Both the position numbers and the translations under genes were made by a program. This document shows, one piece after another, positions 19,795 through 28,016 of a DNA stretch of 64,000 nt. Position 1 is the first letter of the stretch. Each line of letters begins with the position of its first letter. The stretch is from an uncultured Lachnospiraceae bacterium (GTDB lineage Bacteria > Bacillota > Clostridia > Oscillospirales > CAG-272), in NCBI GenBank assembly GCA_964582375.1, contig CAZORL010000003.1, forward strand, positions 15,289 through 79,288, in the 5' to 3' direction. The notes below the pieces were generated by a model. It made no database searches and was not told the DNA's origin. It saw only the letters and a program-made list of their open reading frames with translations.

Positions 19795-21153
19795 ATGACG
19801 AAAAAAAGTGCAGTCCCGAAAGGTAAAGCCTCTTTTGCCAAAAATTTTGTTGCAGAGGATATAGAAATAATCGATATTAACAATCTCGGCAACGGAGTCG
19901 CAAAGATCGACGGCAAAACGGTATTTGTCAAGGGTGCGGTTACGGGCGATGTATGTGACATCGTCATCATAAAAGATGCGTCAGATTATGCCGTCGCTGC
20001 GATCAAATGCATAAAAAAAGCATCCCCCCACAGAGTTCCTATGGGGTGTACCGTATATAAGCGTTGCGGCGGTTGTGTGTACAGACAGATCGATTATGAT
20101 TTTGAACTGTCGCAGAAAACGGCACAGGTCAGGTATGCCTTTTTGAAAGAAGGACTGTCACCGACGATCAATGATATTCTTTTTGACAAAGAGGACGGAT
20201 ATCGCAATAAAGTGCAGTATCCTGTCTCATATGACAGAAAGATCGGATACTTTGCACAGCGAACTCATGAGATAGTCCCGGTGAAATCCTGTTGTCTTCA
20301 GGACGGGCGATTTGAAACTGTTCTCGATGAGATAGCGTGCTTCCTTGATGATCATGACATCTGCGGTTATGATGAGATAAAGGGTGTCGGCATCGTAAGA
20401 CACATTTGTATGCGTGCCGCTGATGAGGGCATATCACTCTGCCTCGTGATCAACTCGGATGATCTCCCGTATCGGCGAGAATTTATTAGTACGATCACCT
20501 CAAGGTGCCCCGATGTTTTGTCAATCTCGCTGTCTGTTAATAAAAGCAGAACAAATGTTATACTTGGCGAGAGTGCGAAGATCATTTGGGGCAAAGAATC
20601 ACTCACCGATACGCTTTGCGGGCTGAAATTCGAGATATCGCCGATGTCATTCTATCAGGTCAACCGAAACATGGCTGAAAAGCTCTATGAAAAGGCAACC
20701 GAATATGCCGATCTGAAGAACGGACAGACACTTGTCGATCTCTTTTGCGGAGTTGGTACGATCGGTCTTTCAATGATAAAAGATAAGCCGAACTCAAAGC
20801 TTGTAGGTATCGAGATCATCCCCGAGGCTGTCGAAAACGCAAGACGCAATGCCGAGATAAATGGGATCAAAAATGCCACGTTTATTTGCGGTGACGCAAA
20901 CACCAAAGAAGTTGCCGATGCCGATATTATCGTTATCGATCCGCCGAGAAAGGGATGTAACACCGCGCTTGTTGACAGTATAGCAGATGGTTCGTGCTCA
21001 CGAGTTGTTTATGTTTCCTGTAACCCCGCAACGCTCGCGCGCGACTGCAAAAGATTTGTCGAGCGTGGTTTCTTAGTTGAAAAAGTTACCCCTGCCGATC
21101 TGTTCCCGCGCACGGGACATGTCGAGACAGTTTGCTTGCTGTCAAGGATATAA
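19795..21153 (+). CDS. 23S rRNA (uracil-C5)-methyltransferase, RumA/RlmD/RlmCD family
   Basis: TRAM domain (GNGVAKIDGKTVFVKGAVTGD). Fe-S cysteines CTVYKRCGGC. SAM-binding DLFCGVGTIG. C-terminal DPPRKG...VYVSCNPATLARD. Confidence 0.85.
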   Translation: MTKKSAVPKGKASFAKNFVAEDIEIIDINNLGNGVAKIDGKTVFVKGAVTGDVCDIVIIKDASDYAVAAIKCIKKASPHRVPMGCTVYKRCGGCVYRQIDYDFELSQKTAQVRYAFLKEGLSPTINDILFDKEDGYRNKVQYPVSYDRKIGYFAQRTHEIVPVKSCCLQDGRFETVLDEIACFLDDHDICGYDEIKGVGIVRHICMRAADEGISLCLVINSDDLPYRREFISTITSRCPDVLSISLSVNKSRTNVILGESAKIIWGKESLTDTLCGLKFEISPMSFYQVNRNMAEKLYEKATEYADLKNGQTLVDLFCGVGTIGLSMIKDKPNSKLVGIEIIPEAVENARRNAEINGIKNATFICGDANTKEVADADIIVIDPPRKGCNTALVDSIADGSCSRVVYVSCNPATLARDCKRFVERGFLVEKVTPADLFPRTGHVETVCLLSRI

Positions 21154-21258
21154 AAAATCTGTCGTGCAAACGATCGGGATTTCTCTGACGGGCAATCTCC
21201 GATATCGATGGATGCGATATAAATTGCTATACGAATTATTTACCGAGGATAACCAAAA

Positions 21259-22518
21259 ATGAGAAAATTTGAAAAGAAGGTCTGCCTTGCAACTCCGACC
21301 ATGCACGGCGAAGAGCTTAAGTATATGACCGAGGCGTATGAGACCAATTGGATGAGCACAGTTGGTGCGAATATAGACGAGGTCGAGCGTATTGCTGCTG
21401 AAAAAGCGGGCATGAAATATGCCGTCGGTCTTTCATCGTGTACCGCTGCTCTTCATCTGTGCATAAAGTCTGCGGGTGAACGTCTCTACGGAAGACCGAT
21501 GATCAGCCATGGTGCGCTTGAGGGGAAACGCGTCTTCTGCTCTGACATGACATTCAGTGCAACTGTGAATCCCATAGTTTACGAGGGCGGTATTCCGGTT
21601 TTCATTGATACAGACAGAAATACTTGGAACATGGATCCTGCAGCCCTTGAAAAAGCATTCGAGATGTATCCCGACGTAAAACTCGTTGTTTATGCCGAGC
21701 TGTACGGATTCACCGGTCGTGTTGATCTGATCAAATCAATTTGCGAAAAACACGGAGCGCTCCTTATTGAGGATGCCGCCGAGGCGATGGGTGCGACGCT
21801 TAACGGCAAGCAATGCGGCTCGTTTGGCGATTACAACGCCATCAGCTATAACGGTAACAAGATCATCACGGGATCTTCGGGCGGATGTTTGTTGACAAAT
21901 GATGAAAGCGTCGCAAATAGAGCTCGCAAATGGTCTACTCAAGCAAGAGAAAGTGCAACTTGGTATCAGCACGAGGAAGTTGGCTACAATTATCGCATGA
22001 GCAATGTCGTGGCAGGTGTGATACGCGGTCAGTACCCGCATCTTGAAGAACACATCGCACAAAAAAAAGCGATATACGAGTACTATCGCGAAAAATTTTC
22101 CGATCTGCCTGTTTCGATGAATCCGATCACTCCCGACAGTAGCCCCAACTATTGGCTGTCTGCGGCTGTTATCGATAAAGAGTTTATGTGCAAACAGGTT
22201 CGTGACGACAAAAAAGCACTCTTTAGAAGCGAACATGGTAAAACATGTCCGTCCGAGATTTTGGAGACGCTCGCATCCTGTAATGCTGAGGGACGCCCGA
22301 TTTGGAAGCCCATGCATCATCAACCTATATATCGGATGCACGAGTTTGTGACTCTCGAAGGAAGCGGTCGTTGTAAAACCAACGCTTATATCGCAGGGGA
22401 CTCTGTTGATGTCGGTGCTGATATCTTCGAGCGGGGATTTTGTCTGCCGAGCGATAATAAAATGACAAGAGAAGAACAGGATGGAGTTATCGAGATCGTT
22501 CGCAGTTGTTTCGATTAA
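21259..22518 (+). CDS. DegT/DnrJ/EryC1/StrS-family PLP-dependent sugar aminotransferase (EpsN/PglE-like)
   Basis: 419 aa. Contains SCTAALHLC, IEDAAEAMG and the PLP-lysine context SYNGNKIITGSSGG. Confidence 0.85.
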   Translation: MRKFEKKVCLATPTMHGEELKYMTEAYETNWMSTVGANIDEVERIAAEKAGMKYAVGLSSCTAALHLCIKSAGERLYGRPMISHGALEGKRVFCSDMTFSATVNPIVYEGGIPVFIDTDRNTWNMDPAALEKAFEMYPDVKLVVYAELYGFTGRVDLIKSICEKHGALLIEDAAEAMGATLNGKQCGSFGDYNAISYNGNKIITGSSGGCLLTNDESVANRARKWSTQARESATWYQHEEVGYNYRMSNVVAGVIRGQYPHLEEHIAQKKAIYEYYREKFSDLPVSMNPITPDSSPNYWLSAAVIDKEFMCKQVRDDKKALFRSEHGKTCPSEILETLASCNAEGRPIWKPMHHQPIYRMHEFVTLEGSGRCKTNAYIAGDSVDVGADIFERGFCLPSDNKMTREEQDGVIEIVRSCFD

Positions 22519-22537
22519 TCAGATCCTTGAGGTTTTT

Positions 22538-23224
22538 ATGTACGCAAACTTTTTCAAAAGGGCATTTGATCTCATATTGTCGTTCGTCGCACTTATCGTC
22601 CTCTTTCCGATCCTTTTGATACTTGCCGCACTTGGAGCTGTCTTTATGAAAGGGAATCCTTTTTTTCTTCAACCAAGACCCGGCAAAAAGGATAGGAGCG
22701 GAAAAGAGAGGATCTTCAAGCTGATCAAATTTCGTACTATGAGTAACGCAAAGGATAAAAACGGACAGCTTCTGCCCGATGAGATCAGACTTAATAAATA
22801 CGGAAAGTTTTTACGCTCCACCTCACTTGACGAGCTTCCCGAACTCTTAAATATAGTAAAAGGGGATATGGCGATAGTCGGTCCGAGACCACAGCTCGTT
22901 CGCGATATGATCTTTATGACGAATGAGCAAAGAAGACGCCATGATGTTCGTCCCGGACTCACGGGTCTTGCGCAGGTGAACGGTCGAAACAATATCACAT
23001 GGGAGCAAAAATTTGAATACGATCTTAAATACATAGACTCGGGCGTCACTTTTTTGTCTGATTTGAAGATTCTTTGTCAGACTGTCGGCAAGGTACTTAA
23101 GAGAAGTGATACCGTTCGAGATGGCACTGCGTCGGATATAGACCTTGGCGATTGGCTTATGCTCAATGGAAAGGTCGATCGTGAAGCATATGACGAAAAG
23201 CAGGAAGAGGCAAAAAATTATTAA
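22538..23224 (+). CDS. Small monotopic phosphoglycosyl transferase (bacterial sugar transferase, PglC/EpsL-like)
   Basis: FKRAFDLILSFVALIVLFP re-entrant helix, KFRTM, DELPELLNIVKGDMAIVGPRP and RPGLTGLAQV. Start is ATG 22538 inside track ORF 22481. Confidence 0.85.
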   Translation: MYANFFKRAFDLILSFVALIVLFPILLILAALGAVFMKGNPFFLQPRPGKKDRSGKERIFKLIKFRTMSNAKDKNGQLLPDEIRLNKYGKFLRSTSLDELPELLNIVKGDMAIVGPRPQLVRDMIFMTNEQRRRHDVRPGLTGLAQVNGRNNITWEQKFEYDLKYIDSGVTFLSDLKILCQTVGKVLKRSDTVRDGTASDIDLGDWLMLNGKVDREAYDEKQEEAKNY

Positions 23225-23240
23225 TGTGTGAATAAAGGCT

Positions 23241-23648
23241 GTGTGCTTTACGAAAAAAACATTATGGCAGAAAATTAAATCATTTTTTCGAAAATGGATG
23301 AGTGCCAAAGTTATTCCACATATGGTTTTGAACGGCTGGAGGGTATTTTTCTACCGCCTGTGCGGTTATAATATAGGCAAAAATGTTTTTATCGGAATGA
23401 GATGTTATCTTGACGATCTCGAACCGCATCTGTTTACCGTTGAGGATGATTGCATCATTTCGTATGGTGCTATATCCGAAAAAAACGGAGTGACGATTGG
23501 CGAAAATGCGGTGATTGGTGCTTGCACATTGGTTAACAAAGATATACCCGACAATGCGACTGCGGTGGGGGTTCCATGTAGAATTGTAGAAAAGTCGGAT
23601 ATTCCTTGTTGTCGAAAGAAAGCGAAACTTATGTTGATTTTAAGGTGA
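23241..23648 (+). pseudogene. Hexapeptide-repeat (LbH) acyltransferase, apparently shortened; possible pseudogene
   Basis: N-terminal FYRLCGYNIGKNVFIGMRCYLDD...TVEDDCIISYG joins almost directly to the C-terminal GVTIGENAVIGACTLVNKDIPDNATAVGVPCRIV. The middle LbH turns seen in 180-200 aa relatives seem to be missing. No good RBS precedes either candidate start (GTG 23241, ATG 23298). Confidence 0.45.
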
Positions 23649-23986
23649 TGAAAACGAATCCGGAATGCGAAAAAAACGGTGTAAATGCCGCTTTAGTGGA
23701 AGGCGTATTGCGATATTTCAATTCGTTTCTGATACGTGGTGGGTATGTTTGCGATGGCGCAAGAAGCATCAATCACGAAACGGCTTTTCAAGATTATCTT
23801 GAGAAATACTTTGGCTTTAGAAAAGCCTATTGTAGGTTGCATGTGCTGTATAATCCCAGGCTGAAATGGGTGATTCGTTTGTTGTATCCTGTCCGAGGTC
23901 TTCTCTTGAAAATAGACGGAATAGGTGTGTTTCATTCAATAAATTCTGTCTTAAAGATGGAAGAGATTTGTCGCAATGAAGAATGA
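23606..23986 (+). pseudogene. Hypothetical ORF, probably the 3' remnant of a larger polysaccharide-locus gene
   Basis: 126-aa ORF in a different frame overlaps the previous ORF by 43 nt and has no RBS. The region is AT-rich. Family not recognised with confidence. Confidence 0.3.
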
Positions 23987-24086
23987 TTATGAAGTATTTA
24001 TATAAACGTTCGTGAAGTTGCGTGATATGATAGTTAAGTATAAATTGGAGTTATCGCAAGCAATATCTTTGTATAAGGATGTATTT

Positions 24087-24845
24087 ATGAGTGGACTGGT
24101 TTCAATAATAATGCCTTCGTATAATACGGGGCGATTTATAAGCGAAACAATAGAATCGGTATTGGCACAGTCGTATTCAAATTGGGAACTGATCATCGTT
24201 GATGACTGTTCGACCGATAATACCGACGAGGTAGTTGGCAGATATCTTACTGACAAGCGGATCCGTTACATAAAAAATGATGTTAACAGCGGTGCAGCTG
24301 TTTCCAGAAATCGAGCCTTGCAAGAGGCAAGGGGAAGATGGATCGCCTTTCTTGACAGCGATGATCTTTGGATGTACGATAAGCTTGAAAAGCAGATAAA
24401 CTTTATGATCGATACCGACTGTCATTTTTCTTATACAAGATATATTGAGATAGACGAGTCATCGACGCCGAATGGTAAAAGTGTGTCCGGACCCAAACGA
24501 ATTACCAAACACGGTATGTACAACTACTGTTGGATGGGGTGTCTGACCGTTATGTATGATGCAGAGATTGTCGGGCTTGTACAGATCGAGGACATAAAGA
24601 AGAATAACGACTATGCTATGTGGTTGAAGGTCTGTCAAAAGGCAGATTGTTATTTGTTCAATGAAACGCTTGCAAAATACAGAAAACGCAGTGGCTCGAT
24701 AAGCAGTCACGGATACACCAAGCTTATCAGGTGGCACTACAAGCTCTATCGTGAGGCTGAAAAGAGAAGTGCTTTCACGGCGGCTGTCTTGACTTTTCGC
24801 AATCTGTTTTGGGGAGTTTGGAAAAAAATAAGGTATGTTAAATGA
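24087..24845 (+). CDS. Glycosyltransferase family 2
   Basis: VSIIMPSYNTGRFISETIESVLAQSY, IIVDDCSTD and FLDSDDLW (DxD). Start is ATG 24087 inside track ORF 24012. Confidence 0.85.
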   Translation: MSGLVSIIMPSYNTGRFISETIESVLAQSYSNWELIIVDDCSTDNTDEVVGRYLTDKRIRYIKNDVNSGAAVSRNRALQEARGRWIAFLDSDDLWMYDKLEKQINFMIDTDCHFSYTRYIEIDESSTPNGKSVSGPKRITKHGMYNYCWMGCLTVMYDAEIVGLVQIEDIKKNNDYAMWLKVCQKADCYLFNETLAKYRKRSGSISSHGYTKLIRWHYKLYREAEKRSAFTAAVLTFRNLFWGVWKKIRYVK

Positions 24846-24945
24846 ACGCCGAGATTGGTTGTATTCTTTATTTAACAGACAGTCTGCTCGCGTGATCGAA
24901 AAATGCGGCTTTCATTACATCATGTACAGAAGTGAATATATGTAA
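24835..24945 (+). pseudogene. GNAT acetyltransferase C-terminal fragment (36 codons)
   Basis: Translation MLNERRDWLYSLFNRQSARVIEKCGFHYIMYRSEYM. The NxxSxRVIEKxGF pattern is the typical GNAT C-terminal strand-helix. No upstream GNAT coding sequence is present. Confidence 0.35.
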
Positions 24946-24977
24946 AAAACTACCGACAGACTAAATTGTCGGTAGTT
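24944..24977 (-). terminator. Intrinsic terminator, best oriented for the minus strand
   Basis: CTACCGACA pairs with TGTCGGTAG (9 bp, 8-nt loop). On the minus strand it is followed by TTTTTT; on the plus strand only by TTCTGTGT. Confidence 0.65.
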
Positions 24978-25009
24978 CTGTGTATATCGTGTTATTGTTG
25001 CACAGGAAA

Positions 25010-25081
25010 TTAATGTCCCTTTGCCGACATCGCTTTTTGTTGGTAAAATCGCTTCTTTTTACGGTGTTTTTTGCTAAGCAT
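25010..25081 (-). CDS. Candidate small ORF (23 aa, highly basic): MLSKKHRKKKRFYQQKAMSAKGH
   Basis: ATG at 25081 is preceded by GGGG 7 nt upstream. A TTGATA-18-CATAAT promoter-like element lies at 25194-25165, and the minus-strand terminator lies 33 nt downstream of the stop. Coding status is unproven. Confidence 0.25.
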   Translation of the reverse strand: MLSKKHRKKKRFYQQKAMSAKGH

Positions 25082-25286
25082 GTCAGCCCCATTTCTTTCA
25101 CATTAAGAAGAAGTTCAAATGTGCAAAATTACCGATCATCGACTTGTTTTTTGAGAAAATCTGCATTATGAAGATTATGATTAAGAAATATCAAAAAACG
25201 CATTGTCGATAAATGACAAAAAGTTGATGTAACTATCAAGTAAAAATGTGTTATCATACGAAAATAAAAAACTTTTCAAAAAGTAC

Positions 25287-25315
25287 TTTACAACTTTAGC
25301 GTAATGAAGTATAAT
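25287..25315 (+). promoter_or_regulatory. SigA-type promoter of amino-acid ABC operon 1
   Basis: TTTACA at 25287-25292, 17-nt spacer, TATAAT at 25310-25315. Confidence 0.55.
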
Positions 25316-25362
25316 ATAGGCACAACAAAAAACTTTTTCTAAACACGAAAGGAAAAAACATC

Positions 25363-26166
25363 ATGAAAAAAATTATATCGATTCTTCTGCTTATAGCAAC
25401 ACTTTGCACATTCGCCTCTTGTGCGGACAACGGCTCCGACCTTGATTATATCAAGAAAAAGGGTGAGCTTATCGTAGGCATTACCGATTTCGAACCTATG
25501 GACTTCAAGGAAAGTGCCGATGCCGATTGGACAGGCTTTGACGCAGAGCTTGCTCGTCTTGTCGGTGAGAAGCTTGGCGTGAAGGTTGTATTCCAAGAGA
25601 TCAACTGGAAGACCAAGGAGACAGAGCTTGCAGGAAAGACTATTGACTGTATTTGGAATGGTCTTACATGGGACAGCGATCGTGCCGCAAATATGAGCAT
25701 GAGCGACTATTACATGGTTAACAGACAGGTCGTTGTCGTTCGCGGCGGTGATGAGGCCAAGGTTGCCGATGCCGCATCCGCAAAGATATCGGTTGCTGTT
25801 GAGTCGGGATCTGCCGGCGAGGAGATAGTAAACGAAAAGTTCAAGGCGGCAACGCTTATTGAAAAGGACACGCAGATCGATTCGCTTACCGAGCTTGTTG
25901 CAGGCACTGTCGATGCGGCTGTCATCGATTTCACTATGGCAAACTACCTCATCAATAAAGATGGCTCGGATTTCTCCGGTCTTGTAATAGTTGACGGAGC
26001 CGTCGAAGTTGCCGATGAGTATTATTCGATAGCATTCAGAAAAGGCAGTGATGTCACCGCAGAGGTCAACAAGTATCTTGCTGAACTCAGAGAGAGCGGT
26101 AAGATCGCAGCTCTTGCGAAAAAGTACGGTCTTGAGAGTGCACTCTACATGGGTGAAACGAAGTGA
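25363..26166 (+). CDS. Amino acid ABC transporter substrate-binding lipoprotein (SBP family 3)
   Basis: Lipobox LCTFASC. Also GELIVGITDFEPMDF and GFDAELARLVGEKLG. Confidence 0.9.
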   Translation: MKKIISILLLIATLCTFASCADNGSDLDYIKKKGELIVGITDFEPMDFKESADADWTGFDAELARLVGEKLGVKVVFQEINWKTKETELAGKTIDCIWNGLTWDSDRAANMSMSDYYMVNRQVVVVRGGDEAKVADAASAKISVAVESGSAGEEIVNEKFKAATLIEKDTQIDSLTELVAGTVDAAVIDFTMANYLINKDGSDFSGLVIVDGAVEVADEYYSIAFRKGSDVTAEVNKYLAELRESGKIAALAKKYGLESALYMGETK

Positions 26167-26816
26167 GCATTTTTACCGAGGTCTCGTTCTCACTTCTTGA
26201 AGGATTCGGAACAACGCTTAAGCTGTTTGTTCTAACTCTTCTTTTTTCTCTCCCGCTTGGCTTTTTGATGTCTCTTTGCAGTATGTCAAAATGTAAGTGG
26301 CTCTCATACATAACAAGGATTTTCATTTGGATAATACGCGGCACACCGCTAATGCTTCAGATTTTGGTTGTGTTTTTTGCTCCCGGAATTATTTTCGGAA
26401 CACCGATTTTTTCGGGGCACAGGTTCGAGGCGGCACTGATCACATTTGTTATTAACTACTCATGCTACTTCTCCGAGATATACAGAAGCGGAATTCAGAG
26501 CATTCCGAGGGGACAATTCGAGGCAGGACTTGTTTTGGGTCTTGACAAAAAGAAAATTATGAGTAAAATAATAGCAGAGCAGGTTTTCAGACGCATCCTT
26601 CCTCCGATGAGCAATGAGATAATTACTTTGGTCAAGGACACATCTCTCGTTCGCGTGATTGCAGTGATCGAGATCATCAAGGCAGCAGAAAAATTTGCCT
26701 CAAAAGGACTCATTTGGCCGCTCTTTTACACCGGAGTTTTTTATCTTGCATTCAGCGGACTTCTCACCCTTCTTTTCGGCGCACTCGAAAAGAAACTCTC
26801 ATATTACAAAATCTGA
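26163..26816 (+). CDS. Amino acid ABC transporter permease (His/Glu/Gln/Arg/opine family)
   Basis: 217 aa with 5 TM helices and an EAA-like loop (IPRGQFEAGLVLGL). Confidence 0.9.
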   Translation: MSIFTEVSFSLLEGFGTTLKLFVLTLLFSLPLGFLMSLCSMSKCKWLSYITRIFIWIIRGTPLMLQILVVFFAPGIIFGTPIFSGHRFEAALITFVINYSCYFSEIYRSGIQSIPRGQFEAGLVLGLDKKKIMSKIIAEQVFRRILPPMSNEIITLVKDTSLVRVIAVIEIIKAAEKFASKGLIWPLFYTGVFYLAFSGLLTLLFGALEKKLSYYKI

Positions 26817-26831
26817 TCGGGGGATATTGCA

Positions 26832-27590
26832 ATGTCATTCTTGAAGGTCGAAGCACTTTCAAAAAGTTACGGAAAAAGTGAGGTTCTGCACGGAATCGAT
26901 TTTGAGCTTAATAAGGGCGAGCTGCTCTCGATTATTGGCTCGTCCGGCGGTGGCAAAACGACCCTTCTGCGTTGCCTGAATTTTTTGGAGATACCCGAGC
27001 ACGGCAAGATCTCGGTCGGGGGCGAGCTTATCTTTGACGGCGATCAAAAAGCATTTTGCACCGAAAAAAAGATTGCTGAGAGCCGACTTCACTTCGGACT
27101 TGTCTTTCAATCGTTTAATCTCTTTCCGCAGTATACGCTTTTTGAAAATGTGACGCTTGCTCCGCGACTTCTCAAAAAAACGAGTGTCGGTGAGATAAAC
27201 GAGATCGCAGAAAAGCTTATATCCGATGTCGGGCTTTACGATAAAAAGGATCTCTATCCCTATCAGCTCTCAGGCGGTCAACAACAGCGCGCCGCTATCG
27301 CACGCGCGCTTGCCATGTCTCCGGATATTCTCTGCTTTGACGAGCCGACAAGTGCGCTTGACCCCGAGCTTACGGGCGAGGTACTTCGAGTCATAAGCTC
27401 ACTTCGAGATGACGGATGTACGATGATCGTCGTTACACATGAAATGACATTTGCCAAAAAGGTGTCGGACAGGCTGATATTTATTGAGGACGGCAAAGTC
27501 GCCGATGCAGGAGATCCGATGCACATTTTCGGCGATGACGCAAGCGACTCAACCAAAAGGTTTATTTCGGGCTTTTCCGAGATGATCTAA
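26832..27590 (+). CDS. Amino acid ABC transporter ATP-binding protein
   Basis: Walker A GSSGGGKTT, signature LSGGQQQRAAIARA, Walker [13 protein letters not shown]-loop VTHEM. Confidence 0.9.
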   Translation: MSFLKVEALSKSYGKSEVLHGIDFELNKGELLSIIGSSGGGKTTLLRCLNFLEIPEHGKISVGGELIFDGDQKAFCTEKKIAESRLHFGLVFQSFNLFPQYTLFENVTLAPRLLKKTSVGEINEIAEKLISDVGLYDKKDLYPYQLSGGQQQRAAIARALAMSPDILCFDEPTSALDPELTGEVLRVISSLRDDGCTMIVVTHEMTFAKKVSDRLIFIEDGKVADAGDPMHIFGDDASDSTKRFISGFSEMI

Positions 27591-27623
27591 TACTTTTGAG
27601 TAAATAGTGTTAAAATTCCATAG

Positions 27624-27664
27624 TTTTCGGGCGTATTTTGCAATTTTTGCGATGCGCCCGAAAA
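27624..27664 (+). terminator. Terminator-like hairpin after ABC operon 1
   Basis: TTTTCGGGCG (27624-27633) pairs with CGCCCGAAAA (27655-27664). There is no clean 3' U-tract. Confidence 0.45.
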
Positions 27665-27710
27665 CTGCGGTTAAAAATAAAAAAATAATCAGAAAGATTG
27701 AGGAAAAAAT

Positions 27711-28016
27711 GTGAAAAAAGAGATCACCGAGGAAATGCTCGACGAGTTTTATGAGTTGATACTGTCAATAGAATCGAAAGAGGATTGCAAAAATCTGTTT
27801 GACGATCTTTGTACAATCAAAGAGGTCGAGCAGATGGCACAGCGAATTCGCGCCGCCAAGCTTTTGATGGAAGGAATGACCTATAATCAGGTCATTGATG
27901 AGACCGATATCTCGTCAGCAACGCTCAGCAGAGTTTCGAGATGCGTAAGATACGGAAAAGGATATGTTACGGTAATGAAAGCAGATGGAAATGACGAAAA
28001 TGACAAGAACGACTGA
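27711..28016 (+). CDS. TrpR-like YerC/YecD family protein
   Basis: 101 aa with a GTG start. LFDDLCTIKEVEQMAQRIRAAKLL..G.TYNQVIDETDISSATLSRVSRCVRYG. Confidence 0.8.
   Translation: MKKEITEEMLDEFYELILSIESKEDCKNLFDDLCTIKEVEQMAQRIRAAKLLMEGMTYNQVIDETDISSATLSRVSRCVRYGKGYVTVMKADGNDENDKND

Noticed and set aside
24980-25171. A 63-aa plus-strand ORF (GTG start) sits in the 518-nt intergenic gap.
   Set aside because: It has no RBS or promoter and a hydrophobic/basic junk-like composition. It lies antisense to the better-supported minus-strand mini unit reported in the findings.
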